DNA of 64,000 nucleotides from an uncultured virus (IMG/VR IMGVR_UViG_2660238271_000001) (lineage: Duplodnaviria; Heunggongvirae; Uroviricota; Caudoviricetes): IMG/VR virus record IMGVR_UViG_2660238271_000001, one strand, 5' to 3'. The position numbers and the translations under genes were made by a program. Shown here one piece after another: positions 46,659-57,039 of the stretch. Under the pieces are notes generated by a model, which saw only the letters and a program-made list of their open reading frames with translations, was not told where the DNA came from and searched no databases. The number at the start of each line of letters is the position of its first letter. Positions within the stretch are counted from its first letter, which is position 1.

Positions 46659-46762
46659 GACAGTACCTCTACAAATTTTGCGAAGCTTAGCGCCCCCTTA
46701 CCTTCGGCAAGGCTATTAAAGTAATCTTCGTAAGCCTTTTCCATGAGCGAGTTGAAATCCAT
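46655..46762 (-). CDS. YdfB-family small protein
   Basis: MDFNSLMEKAYEDYFNSLAEGKGALSF; GAGG RBS. Confidence 0.75.
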   Translation of the reverse strand: MDFNSLMEKAYEDYFNSLAEGKGALSFAKFVEVLS

Positions 46763-46957
46763 GTTGACCTCATTTCCCCTTAACGCCGGGTGGCGGAACT
46801 GTTTGCTGATAACACCGTGCGGTGTCTTGATGAAGTGTAATTTAGTTTTCTCATGTATTTTGGTCAAGTGTTTTTATGAGAAAACTCAATTTTTATTGTG
46901 AGAAGATAACAACCTATTGAAAAATAAGTTGTTATTTTTATCCGGGAAACATGAGGA

Positions 46958-47359
46958 CTACTTGTTGCGCTTGCGAACTTCGAGCAGCTCGGTAAACAAA
47001 CGGTTAAAATTCTCAACCCGCGCACTTAGTTCGCTTATTTGCGCTTTCTGTTCGGATTTCGGAAGAGAGCGGTACAGGCGTAGCAGCTCCTGCTCATCAT
47101 CCGTCAACACGGGTGTGCTGTCGGCAGGGACTGGTTCTGATGGCGACTTATCCTCGTCGCCAAAAAGTATCCAGGTTGGTGAGCACTGAAGGGCTGAAGC
47201 CAGTCGGTGTAAGTTTTCTCCACGGGGAGCAGTATGATCGCTTTCCCATAATGAAATCGAAGAATCAGAGACACCAGCAGCCTTGCTCAAGCCTCCTTGA
47301 CTTAAACCTATCTGTTTACGCCTTTGACGAATTCTTTGGCCTAGAGTTTTCTCATTCAT
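46958..47359 (-). CDS. DicA-like repressor
   Basis: TLGQRIRQRRK..ISLWESDHTAPRGENL..LQCSPTWILFGDED. Confidence 0.88.
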   Translation of the reverse strand: MNEKTLGQRIRQRRKQIGLSQGGLSKAAGVSDSSISLWESDHTAPRGENLHRLASALQCSPTWILFGDEDKSPSEPVPADSTPVLTDDEQELLRLYRSLPKSEQKAQISELSARVENFNRLFTELLEVRKRNK

Positions 47360-47436
47360 ATTTAGATATCTTAATAACTCTTGACTTGAGATTCCTTGCG
47401 TGATTAACATTGAGAAAACTCATGATTGGAGGACGA

Positions 47437-47664
47437 ATGTTTAAACTAGATGCAATAAATTTTTATGGGACGCGAGCCAATGTAGCGAAAGCTGCTGGCG
47501 TAGATCCGTCAGCCGTTTCGCAATGGGGAGAACTGGTTCCGGAGGGACGTGCAATGCGTCTTCAGGAGGCATCCGGCGGCGAACTCCATTACGACCCCAA
47601 AATTTATGACGAGTATCGTAAAGCAAAGCGGGCGGAGAAGGTGATTCATGAAAATCAGGCATGA
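47437..47664 (+). CDS. DicC/Cro-like protein
   Basis: MFKLDAINFYG...VSQWGELVPEGRAMRLQEAS. Confidence 0.85.
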   Translation: MFKLDAINFYGTRANVAKAAGVDPSAVSQWGELVPEGRAMRLQEASGGELHYDPKIYDEYRKAKRAEKVIHENQA

Positions 47665-48073
47665 GCACATCCGCATGGCGATGAATGCCTGGGCGTATCC
47701 GGATGGTGAAAAAGTTCCTGTCGCTGCGATAGTCCGGGCTTATTTCGAACTGGGAATGACGTTCCCGGAGCTGTACGGCGACAGTCATCCGGAAGCACTG
47801 GCCCGTAATACTCAAAAAATTTTTCGCTGGGTTGAAAAAGACACCCCTGATGCAGTTGAAAAACTTCAGGCATTGTTGCCGGCGATCGAAAAGGCGATGC
47901 CGCCGCTGCTGGTGGCCCGAATGCGCAGTCACAGTTCAGCCTATTTTCGGGAGCTGGTGGAGACGCGGGAGCGACTGGTGAGAGACGCCGATGATTTTGT
48001 CGCAGTGGCGATCGCTGGTTTCAACCAGATGAATCGTGGTGGCCCGGCGGGAAATATTGTGGTTGTGCATTGA
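47648..48073 (+). CDS. ydaT: YdaT-family (CII-like) protein
   Basis: MKIRHEHIRMAMNAWAYPDGEKVP resembles Rac YdaT. Confidence 0.85.
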   Translation: MKIRHEHIRMAMNAWAYPDGEKVPVAAIVRAYFELGMTFPELYGDSHPEALARNTQKIFRWVEKDTPDAVEKLQALLPAIEKAMPPLLVARMRSHSSAYFRELVETRERLVRDADDFVAVAIAGFNQMNRGGPAGNIVVVH

Positions 48074-48144
48074 CTGGCAATATTCATACCGGATCGCTTC
48101 CGGCAATTCGTGAGTAAAAAGATTCGGTATCAGAAGAGGTGAGT

Positions 48145-49155
48145 ATGGCTAACGCCTGGCTCAGATTATGGCATGACATGCCAAATGATCCTAAGTGGCG
48201 AACAATTTCCAGGGTGTCAGGACAGCCAATCGCAACAGTGATGGCTGTGTATATCCACCTTCTGGTGAGCGCGTCACGAAATGTCACGACATGTCACGGC
48301 GTATCACTACGCGGTCACATTGATGTCACGACGGAAGATTTAGCAAGTGCACTTGATGTGACGGAAGAAGTAATTGATTCAATTTTACAGGCAATGCAGG
48401 GGCGAGTTCTGGATGGCGATCTTATTTCCGGATGGGAAAAACGCCAGGTACTGAAAGAGGACAATGGTAACGTTTCGCAAACCGCGAAATCCCCGGCAGA
48501 GCGCAAGAGAGCGCAGCGCGAGAGGGAAAAATTACGAAAACAGAATGATGGGTGTCACGACGAGTCACGACATGTCACGACAGATAAAGATACAGATAAA
48601 GAATTAAACCCCACACATAACGCGCGCGTGCGCGAAGGTGTTCCGGCCAGTGCATCGTTGCAGACAGCGGAAGCTGAATATCCGGACGGCCTGAGTGGGC
48701 CTGTCGGGAAATTTCCGATGACCGATGGCTGGAAACCATCGCTGGATTTCCGACAACGGGCCGCCCTGTGGGGCTTTGCACTGGCGGAGCCAGAATTTAC
48801 ACCTGCGGAGCTGACGGCGTTCAGGGACTACTGGGCGGCGGAGGGGAAGTTTTTTACGCAGGTCCAGTGGGAGCAGAAATTTGCCCGCCACGTGCAGCAC
48901 GTCAGGGCACAGGTTAAACCAGTGAGCAGGGGGGTAAACCATGCAGGAACACCAGCAGGCGGCACCGCATCACGGGCAGTACAGGAAATCCGGGCAGCCC
49001 GCGAGCAGTGGGAGCGTGAAAACGGGGTTATCAGCGTCGGAGACGGCCTGGCGACTCTGGGAAGTCATGGGGGAAATTTATTCGAACCGCTGGACGCAGA
49101 AGAACGGCGCGGCACCTTCGAAGCTCTGGATTGCACAGATTGGCGCGATGACTGA
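48145..49155 (+). CDS. Replication initiator with GTCACG iterons
   Basis: MANAWLRLWHDMPNDPKW; C-terminus homologous to 8684-9691. Confidence 0.85.
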   Translation: MANAWLRLWHDMPNDPKWRTISRVSGQPIATVMAVYIHLLVSASRNVTTCHGVSLRGHIDVTTEDLASALDVTEEVIDSILQAMQGRVLDGDLISGWEKRQVLKEDNGNVSQTAKSPAERKRAQREREKLRKQNDGCHDESRHVTTDKDTDKELNPTHNARVREGVPASASLQTAEAEYPDGLSGPVGKFPMTDGWKPSLDFRQRAALWGFALAEPEFTPAELTAFRDYWAAEGKFFTQVQWEQKFARHVQHVRAQVKPVSRGVNHAGTPAGGTASRAVQEIRAAREQWERENGVISVGDGLATLGSHGGNLFEPLDAEERRGTFEALDCTDWRDD

Positions 49156-49609
49156 GCAGCAAATCAGACAGGTTTGCCGACAGTGCATGGAGCGGTGTCG
49201 CGCAGGTGAGACATGGCCGCCAGACCTTGCCGAATTTGTGGCGCTGGTTTCGGAAAGTGGTGCTAATCCGTTTGGTCTGACGGTGGATACCGTGATGGGG
49301 GAGTACCGCCGCTGGCGAAATGAGTCATGGCGATATGACGGCGCAGATAAATACCCGTGGCCGCAGCCTGTGCTGTATCACATCTGTACCGAGATGCGCA
49401 GAACGGGCGTTGAGCACCGGATGTCGGAAGGCGAACTGAAACGACTCGCAGAACGGTTACTGGCGAAGTGGACAAAACACGTCAGTAGTGGTTTCAGCAT
49501 ACCGCCGGTACGTCGCCAACTGGCGGCACCACGCCATCCGGCAGGGCCAACTCCGGCGCAAAAGCTGCTGGAAGAGTACAAACGCCGTAAGGCGGCAGGA
49601 TTGATTTAG
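48941..49609 (+). CDS. Replication protein P-like
   Basis: Homologous to 9477-10157. Confidence 0.78.
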   Translation: MQEHQQAAPHHGQYRKSGQPASSGSVKTGLSASETAWRLWEVMGEIYSNRWTQKNGAAPSKLWIAQIGAMTEQQIRQVCRQCMERCRAGETWPPDLAEFVALVSESGANPFGLTVDTVMGEYRRWRNESWRYDGADKYPWPQPVLYHICTEMRRTGVEHRMSEGELKRLAERLLAKWTKHVSSGFSIPPVRRQLAAPRHPAGPTPAQKLLEEYKRRKAAGLI

Positions 49610-49621
49610 CAGGGGGACTTT

Positions 49622-50017
49622 ATGAGCAAAAATTACACGCCGGAAAAGCGGGAGGAAATACAGCGCCGCATAACAGAACTGGTGCGGAAGCATGGCCGTA
49701 TGACGCTTACGGAGCTGAGGAGGATGACGGGGTTAACCATATATTCGACCCGTCACTACCTGGACAAGGCGGAACGTTGCGGGGATGTGTACCAGGCGGG
49801 CAAAAGGGGGATTTTTCCGTCGGAAGCGGCTTTTCGTGTCTGGTGTGAAAAGCAGTCTGACGCCAGAGTCGAGCGATTTCTGAAAACGCCGGAGCGCGTG
49901 GTGAAACCCTACGACAGGCATCAGAACACTATCTGTGCGGAATGCAGAAAAAGCGAGTACATGCAGCGGGTACTGGCATTTTACAGGGGAAATAACGGAG
50001 CAGTAAAAACGATATGA
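49622..50017 (+). CDS. DUF977-family protein
   Basis: Homologous to 10170-10565. Confidence 0.75.
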   Translation: MSKNYTPEKREEIQRRITELVRKHGRMTLTELRRMTGLTIYSTRHYLDKAERCGDVYQAGKRGIFPSEAAFRVWCEKQSDARVERFLKTPERVVKPYDRHQNTICAECRKSEYMQRVLAFYRGNNGAVKTI

Positions 50018-50304
50018 AGGTTTATATCGCAGGGCCGATGACAGGCTATGAAAATTTTAACCGTGAGGCATTTCACCGGGCGGAAAAAGCTCTGAAACGA
50101 GAAGGGCACACCGTATTAAATCCGGCAGTTCTCCCGAACGGATTAACGCAGGCGCAGTACATGGACATTTGCATGGCAATGATTCGTAGTGCAGATGCGA
50201 TTTACATGCTGTGGGGATGGCTGTGTTCGGCAGGCGCAAGGGCAGAACTGGCGCTGGCGGAAAAGCTGGGGCATGAGGTTATTTTTCAGGAGGTGATGCA
50301 GTGA
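50014..50304 (+). CDS. DUF4406-family protein
   Basis: VYIAGPMTG..FNREAF...VLNPA...SAGARAE. Confidence 0.8.
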   Translation: MKVYIAGPMTGYENFNREAFHRAEKALKREGHTVLNPAVLPNGLTQAQYMDICMAMIRSADAIYMLWGWLCSAGARAELALAEKLGHEVIFQEVMQ

Positions 50305-50591
50305 ATATCGATACAACAATAACGATTGATACCGCTTTGAATACTGGTCTGGCCCTGCTCGGTTGGTTTTATATCATGTTCAGTGCGGGGAAGTGGGCGG
50401 CATCTGTTTTTCTAAAGCAGTGGGAAAAGCGCCGCAAACAGACGCAGCAGCAGAAGGCAATGAATGCGTTTTTTGAGGCCTTCGATATCGACCGCATAGA
50501 GCCGGGAGAACCAACCCGCGTTATCCCCGTAGGTGATGTCGTGATTTTTGTATACCGGAGTGAAAAAAATGAACAGGAGGCGGCGCAGTGA
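50301..50591 (+). CDS. DUF4752-like membrane protein
   Basis: LNTGLALLGWFYIM. Confidence 0.65.
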   Translation: MNIDTTITIDTALNTGLALLGWFYIMFSAGKWAASVFLKQWEKRRKQTQQQKAMNAFFEAFDIDRIEPGEPTRVIPVGDVVIFVYRSEKNEQEAAQ

Positions 50592-50974
50592 GCAAAATTC
50601 ATAATCCCGTAGTGCTCATTAACAAGCCAGATAATAACGCTTGGGTCGTTGCTGTAACGGATGGTAGCCAGAATTATCAGGACGCCAGGCTAATGGCAAG
50701 CATGGAACTTGATATAACCGGGGATAGTGCTGATACATGGAGTCGTGTTGGTTTTTACATGGCGGCTGAAATTGAAGTGCTACGCCAACGCATCGCAGAA
50801 TTGACAGATGCACTTACGCAAATGATTAATGCGCATCAAACCACAATTCGTTTTGGTTATGAACGCATTACTGAATGTGGTGGTGACTGCGATTCGCCAG
50901 AAAAGATGATTTCAGAAGACCCGGATATCAGAATGGCAGAGGCTGTTTTGAGAGCGGGAATCAAATCTGAATAA
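50588..50974 (+). CDS. Hypothetical (Ead/Ea22-like C-terminus)
   Basis: Coupled ORF; GYERITECGGDCD. Confidence 0.55.
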   Translation: MSKIHNPVVLINKPDNNAWVVAVTDGSQNYQDARLMASMELDITGDSADTWSRVGFYMAAEIEVLRQRIAELTDALTQMINAHQTTIRFGYERITECGGDCDSPEKMISEDPDIRMAEAVLRAGIKSE

Positions 50975-51138
50975 TTAAATTCAGCACTGTAAATAAAAAT
51001 TAATCCTTAACCGGAGGGATTTCTGCACCCTCAATACATCAGGAGGCCNNNNNNNNNNNNNNNNNNNNCCCGAAAGGGCGGTAATGAAAAATGACTGAAT
51101 TAACCAAAGAGCAATTAGATGCTCAACGGAGGTAAATC

Positions 51139-51711
51139 GTGAAAGAGAATCAAATCCGAGAACTGGTAAACGAGCTGCGCGATATTGCTATTGAGTATCA
51201 CGGCACACAACAGTTACGTGAACGAATTGTACGCACAGTTCGCGACGCCCTGCATCATGACTTAGAAAAACTAAACCAACCTGTAAGCCAAACTTACGAG
51301 TTGCCACAAACGCAGTTTGAACAGGTTGCTGACCTCTACGAAATGCAATTTGATGATGGGCGCACCTGCGAATTCCACACAGATGGAGCAAAAGCTGCTC
51401 AGTGGTTGCTCGCATGCGATGGTAATAAGGTGCAGGAATACGTCAGGCTTGAGCGCTATCAGGAGGCTGTAATTGGCAACTCTCCGGTAATTCCGGATGG
51501 TTGGATAAGCTGTAGTATTGCCGTTCCAGTTGATTTTTGCGATGTGATTCTTCATGACGATCTCGGTAACGTATTTCCCGGTTTCTGGGATAAGGTTTTT
51601 TGTTCCATTCGTGGCGGGAATAAGATGACTTTTGTGGACAAAGACGGCGTAGAAGTAGAGAACGCAACCCACTGGATGCCGTTACCGGAACCGCCGCAGG
51701 AGGTGAAGTGA
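51139..51711 (+). CDS. DUF551-domain protein
   Basis: PDGWISCS...THWMPLPEPPQEVK. Confidence 0.8.
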   Translation: MKENQIRELVNELRDIAIEYHGTQQLRERIVRTVRDALHHDLEKLNQPVSQTYELPQTQFEQVADLYEMQFDDGRTCEFHTDGAKAAQWLLACDGNKVQEYVRLERYQEAVIGNSPVIPDGWISCSIAVPVDFCDVILHDDLGNVFPGFWDKVFCSIRGGNKMTFVDKDGVEVENATHWMPLPEPPQEVK

Positions 51712-52106
51712 TGGACGATAACAGCGATAACGTTATTCAACTGGTGCAGCCAAAATCAGAGGAGGAAGGGCTTCTCAACGTTGTGATAACCGACAGGAAA
51801 AGCGGCGAGCAAAAATGCTGTCAGCATATCCGTACAACAATTTCAGAAGTGAATCGTACGATTATCTGCAACCGGTGCGGATTGGCTTTAGATCCGTTCG
51901 GGCTTATTCTCGACCGTGCGAGAAACGGCGAAAACATCGTGTCTGAGATTAAATCACTCTATGCAAGACGGGATGCTCTTCGTGAATCTGTGGCAAAACT
52001 TGAACGCGAAGAGAAAAACGCAAAGGCGCGGCTGCGAGCAGCCAGGACTGCAATACTGTATGCGGAAAATGATCTTAAAAATATTGAGCAGGAGGTGAAT
52101 CAATGA
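51708..52106 (+). CDS. Hypothetical protein (CxxC plus coiled coil)
   Basis: CNRCG..LDPF. Confidence 0.65.
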   Translation: MMDDNSDNVIQLVQPKSEEEGLLNVVITDRKSGEQKCCQHIRTTISEVNRTIICNRCGLALDPFGLILDRARNGENIVSEIKSLYARRDALRESVAKLEREEKNAKARLRAARTAILYAENDLKNIEQEVNQ

Positions 52107-52186
52107 GCTGGCCTGATGCATTCGCAACGGCAGGAACCGCAATAGCGGCGGCGCTGGTGGTGTATTCGATTTGCCGTTGGGGATAA
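52103..52186 (+). CDS. 27-aa membrane peptide
   Basis: GGAGGT RBS, coupled start; MSWPDAFATAGTAIAAALVVYSICRWG. Confidence 0.5.
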   Translation: MSWPDAFATAGTAIAAALVVYSICRWG

Positions 52187-52393
52187 AAACGGTTTGCGGG
52201 AAAAGGAGAGTTAAGTAGAATTGTTGCGGGTGCTTGAGGCTGTCTGCCTTAAGCGCTTGCTGAGAGGTAGGCAGAGAAAAGCCCCAGTTAACATTACGCG
52301 TCCGGCAAGACGCTTAACATTAATCTGAGGCCCTATCTATGCGACACATAGAGATTAGCCTCTTACGTGCCGAAAGGCAAGGAGAAGCAGGCT

Positions 52394-52549
52394 ATGAAGC
52401 AGCAAAAGGCGATGTTAATCGCCCTGATCGTCATCTGTTTAACCGTCATTGTGACGGCACTGGTAACGAGGAAAGACCTCTGCGAGGTACGAATCCGAAC
52501 CGGCCAGACGGAGGTCGCTGTCTTCACAGTTTACGAACCTGAGGAGTAA
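52394..52549 (+). CDS. hok: Hok/Gef type I toxin (mok-like leader ORF and probable sok antisense upstream)
   Basis: MKQQKAMLIALIVICLTVIVTALVTRKDLCEVRIRTGQTEVAVF. Confidence 0.9.
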   Translation: MKQQKAMLIALIVICLTVIVTALVTRKDLCEVRIRTGQTEVAVFTVYEPEE

Positions 52550-52821
52550 GAGACCTGGNNNNNNNNNNNNNNNNNNNNNNNNNNNNNNNNNNNNNNNNNN
52601 NNNNNNNNNNNNNTTTTTTGTTACCCGTAAAATAAAAATTCATAAAAATGATCAACTTTCAGATTGGTTGCGCAACAAGTGAAAAATGTCCTTGTTGGTG
52701 AACATAAAATAAGCAAATTTATATAATGAAATAAATAGTCGCAGTGTTTATATTTCCCGCCTCAACAGAAATCGCGTTGAAATCGCACATTTTCATTTTT
52801 CCTTAGCTGTCAGGAGGCATT

Positions 52822-53016
52822 TTGAAAATCCCCACCAATTTAATACCAGGGTTTTATGAGAGTACACGGCCTGTCGTATTGTTCCGGAATAAGGATGGCA
52901 CATTCAAATCAGGGTTTGTACTGCGTGGCGATGAGTTCGTAGTGAATATTTCGTTGCTGAGGGACGGTTATAATTTTGCAGGGCTTTCAGTTGCCGGGCA
53001 TCCGAAACGATCGTAA
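52822..53016 (+). CDS. Hypothetical phage protein
   Basis: GGAGG RBS then TTG. Confidence 0.55.
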   Translation: MKIPTNLIPGFYESTRPVVLFRNKDGTFKSGFVLRGDEFVVNISLLRDGYNFAGLSVAGHPKRS

Positions 53017-53179
53017 AATTGCTGCCGACCTGAACAGTCTGCTGATTAACACCGTGCCACTGAGAAAATCTGATGGCACAGATAACCAATATCAAATTCC
53101 CCCTTACGCTGTCACTGCCTGCTGGCGGTGATGGCGTTTTGTCGTATCGGAACACCAGCCACCTTTGCGGAGGTGCTCA

Positions 53180-53380
53180 GTGAAAAAAAGCTGGTTCCAT
53201 TACCCGAATTGCACCACAGAAGAAGCCGAAGAGCTGATGGCGACCTATCGCCGTCGCGGTGTGAGGGTTGAGCGAAGCCTGAATTTCGACTGTCTCACAT
53301 GGACCATATCGGCACTGCTTCCTGAGTCTGCAAGAGCTCCGCGTCCGTCCCGTACTTATCAGCAGAGTTTCTGGAGGTAG
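53180..53380 (+). CDS. Conserved small nin-region protein
   Basis: Paralog of 15978-16172. Confidence 0.65.
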   Translation: MKKSWFHYPNCTTEEAEELMATYRRRGVRVERSLNFDCLTWTISALLPESARAPRPSRTYQQSFWR

Positions 53381-53381
53381 C

Positions 53382-54435
53382 GTGCGTGCATTACTGCGCC
53401 CTGCGTCTGTGCCGGAAATGGGAGTGGTGGTAATAAAGCCCGGCAGGGAGCTGATGCCGCTGTTTGCTGGTGGACGAGTGCTGGTGGAGCCGGAACCGGA
53501 AAGTATGAAGTCGCTGCCGTCAGGCGCGGNNNNNNNNNNNNNNNNNNNNNNNCCAGCCGCTGGCAGATGATAAATCGCTGCTTCCGTTTTTTACCAGTGA
53601 GCGTGTGATACATGCCGCCGGGGGCGTCGGGGCGCTGTCGGACTGGCTCCTGCGTCATGTTAAATCCTGCCAGTGGCCTCATGGTGATTACCACCACCAC
53701 GAAACGGTTATCCATCGTTACGGTGCCGGAGCGATGGTGTTGTGCTGGCACTGTGATAATCAGTTGCGTGACCAGACGTCTGAATCACAGGAACAACTGA
53801 CAAACCAGAATCTGATCACATGGCTGACTGATACCGTTCGTTACGCGATAAACGGTTCTCAGGAGCGGGAGCTGTCGCTTGCCGAATTGTGCTGGTGGGC
53901 AGTTTGTCATGATGTTGCCGGAGCCGTTCCGGATGGCGTGATTCGCCGTTCGCTGGGATTACCGGCTGAAGAAATCCGTTCCGTATACCGTGAAAGCGAT
54001 ATTGTGCCGGAAGAGCAGACCGCCACCAGCATTCTGAAGCAGCGCACAAAAAGTATTGTGCCGCAGCACCTCCACCAGCAACCAGTCCCTCAACAAAAAA
54101 GGGTGGTGCCCCTCACTGTCGATCCGGATTCACCGGAAAGCTTCATGCTGCGCCCGAAACGCCGTCGGTGGGTCAATGAGAGATATACCCGCTGGGTTAA
54201 GACACAGCCGTGTGTGTGCTGTGGTAAGCCAGCCGACGATCCCCATCACCTGATTGGTCACGGTCAGGGAGGGACAGGGACAAAAGCACACGACCTGTGG
54301 GTGTTGCCTTTGTGCAGAAAGCATCACGACGAGCTACATGCGCACCCGCTGTCATTTGAAGAGGAGTACGGCTCCCAGATTGACTTAATTTTTCGTTTTT
54401 TAGATTACGCGCTGGCAGTTGGTGTACTGGGATGA
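53382..54435 (+). CDS. DUF968-family protein (spans a gap)
   Basis: MRALLRP...CWHCDNQLR...CVCCGKPADDPHHLIGHG. Confidence 0.82.
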
Positions 54436-54446
54436 GGAGGTAAGGA

Positions 54447-54821
54447 GTGAAATCTGTTCAGTTTGTTTTACCGTATCCGCCGTCGGTGAACACGTACTGG
54501 CGTCGCCGGGGTTCGCAATATTACATCGCCGATACCGGAAAACGATACAGAAAAGACGTGGCTCACATTGTCCGTCAGTTGGGGTTGCGGATGAATCTGG
54601 CGGGAAGACTGGCGATAAAAATCATAGCAGATCCGCCGGATAATCGTCGTCGTGACCTGGATAACATACTGAAAGCGCCACTGGATGCGCTGACACATGC
54701 AGGCGTTCTTGTCGACGATGAGCAGTTTGATGAGATTCATATTGTACGGGGGCAATCATCGCCGGGCGGGCGGCTGGGGGTGAAGATTTACGAAATCACA
54801 GGTGATAGTAATGGCGCGTGA
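54447..54821 (+). CDS. rusA: RusA Holliday-junction resolvase
   Basis: [31 protein letters not shown]. Confidence 0.92.
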   Translation: MKSVQFVLPYPPSVNTYWRRRGSQYYIADTGKRYRKDVAHIVRQLGLRMNLAGRLAIKIIADPPDNRRRDLDNILKAPLDALTHAGVLVDDEQFDEIHIVRGQSSPGGRLGVKIYEITGDSNGA

Positions 54822-55197
54822 TATTCAGATGGTTCTGGAGCGGTGGGGGGCATGGGTGGCAAATAATCATGAGGATGTTGCCTGGTCGTCGATAGCCGCA
54901 GGGTTTAAGGGGCTTATCCCGTCGAAGGTGAAATCACGTCCGCAATGTTGTGACGATGACGCGATGATCATTTGCGGTTGTATGGCCCGCCTGAACAAAA
55001 ATAACAGCGATTTGCATGATTTGCTGGTGGATTATTACGTTGGCGGGATGACGTTTATGGCATTGGCGCGGAAGCATGGTTGTTCTGATGGGTACATAGG
55101 TAAAAAGTTGCAAAAAGCCGAAGGCGTGGTTGAGGGGATGTTAATGATGCTGGGTATCCGGCTGGAAATGGACAAACACGTCGAGCGAGGCATGTAG
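54811..55197 (+). CDS. Late antiterminator Q
   Basis: [13 protein letters not shown]...[10 protein letters not shown]...CCDDD. Confidence 0.88.
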   Translation: MARDIQMVLERWGAWVANNHEDVAWSSIAAGFKGLIPSKVKSRPQCCDDDAMIICGCMARLNKNNSDLHDLLVDYYVGGMTFMALARKHGCSDGYIGKKLQKAEGVVEGMLMMLGIRLEMDKHVERGM

Positions 55198-55234
55198 GCG
55201 GTTGACCTGATGCATCGTCCGGGGCTATATTCTC

Positions 55235-55450
55235 CGCACGCCAGCAAAATCTGGCGTCGGGGGNNNNNNNNNGGGATTGGAACCCCGGACAAGAAACCGC
55301 GACAACGACACGCCGCGAGCGTGTTTTTTATTGTCGTATGCACTCGCACACCTGAATTATGGTGAGGCGTATGGGGCCGACTTCGGTCGGGCCGGTTGGT
55401 TTCTCCGGTAGTTCCAACCCTGTACGTCTCACCACCCGATGATTGGAACC
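55235..55450 (+). ncRNA. IsrK/C4-like structured antisense RNA module
   Basis: Promoter TTGACC..TATATT; CGCCAG..CTGGCG hairpin; GATTGGAACC boxes (55275, 55441) complementary to GTTCCAACC (55411); stem TGGTGAGGCGTA...TACGTCTCACCA. Confidence 0.65.
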
Positions 55451-55491
55451 TGACGGTGGTGATAATTAAGAAACCATTCAAGGGCGTCTTT

Positions 55492-56049
55492 ATGACCACT
55501 CAAATCTCTGTCGAAACTATTTCCCCGATTACCCATAACCAGATCCCTGTTATTACTACCGAGCTTTTGGCGCACCTTTACGGTACAGAACCAGTTCGCA
55601 TCCAGCAAAATCACAAACGCAACACTGATCGTTTTATAGAAGGGAAACACTTTTTCAAGGTCATGGGTGAGGAGCTAAAAATTTTGCGACTATCTTTAAG
55701 AGAGTCACAAATCTCTACCAAAACCCGTTCCCTAATCCTCTGGACAGAACGCGGCGCAGCCCGACACGCAAAAATGCTCGAGACTGAGCAGGCGTGGGAG
55801 GTGTTCGAAAAACTTGAGGACTGCTATTTCAATCCAAAATGCCCACCAGCAAAACATGAACCAATGATCGAAGGTGACGGGCGCACATTGCTAATCCACT
55901 TCGACGAACATGGAAACGTAGAGTTCACTGAAAAAGTTCCTAAGGATGCAATGGTATGCACTGCCGAACGGTTCAGGTTATACCTGGAACAACATGGCTG
56001 GATCGTTGCACGTAAAGAGCAATTGGTGGAAAGGCTGATGCGGCTTTAA
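55492..56049 (+). CDS. ORF6N-domain (antirepressor-like) protein
   Basis: VITTELLAHLYG...LILWTERGAARHAKMLET. Confidence 0.85.
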   Translation: MTTQISVETISPITHNQIPVITTELLAHLYGTEPVRIQQNHKRNTDRFIEGKHFFKVMGEELKILRLSLRESQISTKTRSLILWTERGAARHAKMLETEQAWEVFEKLEDCYFNPKCPPAKHEPMIEGDGRTLLIHFDEHGNVEFTEKVPKDAMVCTAERFRLYLEQHGWIVARKEQLVERLMRL

Positions 56050-56096
56050 GTACGGAAGCCCCNNNNCCCCGCCTTTATAGCGGGGCTGAATGCTCA

Positions 56097-56642
56097 TTAC
56101 TGAACTACTTTTAACCCACTAAATTTAAAAATATACTCTGGCTCTGTTACTTTACCATAGAGAGTCATGCTTGATTCAAGGATGCAGTCTTTTGAATTAG
56201 GGATAAAACGCCCTGAAAATGAAACCATATCACCAGGTTTTAAGTCAGAGGCTACTGAGAAAATTTCAGAGTCAGGGTTGATAAGAGTATGATGACTGGA
56301 ATCGGAGAAAGCGTTATTCCAGGTTTTAACTTCAATGTCTGGTGCTATCTCCAAAGCCAGCACACCGTAACCATCACTATTGGCGGAAACAGTTTTTACT
56401 GTACCAACCCAATTTTTAACTTTCTTGTCTTTGCTCAAAGTTTTGCAAACCGCCTTGTCTCGTTTTGCTTTTATTCCGCCCAACTTCATGTCGTTATCAA
56501 CGCCTTTAGCTGATGAAATTGCATTTGAGACTACCTCGATGAACTTTTCCTGCTGCTCAGGTATCTGGTAAGCAAAGGCTGGTGTCTGGAGGATAGTAGC
56601 TGTGCACGCGATGGCTATGATTTTTGTGAAAACACTATTCAT
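56097..56642 (-). CDS. Secreted AT-rich moron protein of unknown function
   Basis: Signal peptide, 181 aa, opposite strand to the phage genes. Confidence 0.75.
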   Translation of the reverse strand: MNSVFTKIIAIACTATILQTPAFAYQIPEQQEKFIEVVSNAISSAKGVDNDMKLGGIKAKRDKAVCKTLSKDKKVKNWVGTVKTVSANSDGYGVLALEIAPDIEVKTWNNAFSDSSHHTLINPDSEIFSVASDLKPGDMVSFSGRFIPNSKDCILESSMTLYGKVTEPEYIFKFSGLKVVQ

Positions 56643-56776
56643 ATTTGCACCTAAAACAAAAAAACTAATGAAACAAAAACGCCCAAGTTATGAGCGCGCT
56701 TAGATTACCCATCCCTCAAAACCTTATCAATAGTGTGAATTTGAGGTTGTATTGTTCATTAGGTTTGTTTGGGGGC

Positions 56777-56853
56777 TTTACGTACGTAAAAATCTGGATA
56801 TCCTGTTAAGAGTGGTTACTACGCCACACCGCTTAAACCCGCCATTGTGCGGG
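56777..56853 (+). promoter_or_regulatory. Probable late promoter pR' and tR' hairpin
   Basis: TTTACGTACGTAAAAATCTGGATATCCTGTTAAGAGTGG motif, then ACCCGC..GCGGG. Confidence 0.5.
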
Positions 56854-57039
56854 NNNNNNNNNNNNNNNNNNNNNNNNNNTTTTGTCGTTTCTGCAATACA
56901 GAAAGATATTCGCCAGTCCAATTTGGATTGTTAAACATGGTGTGTTTTAAATATGTTTTATGCACATTAAATTAATGTGAAATGTTTTGATAAAATAAAA
57001 ATACAATAATAACTTTACGTTCATTGACACAATGAATTG

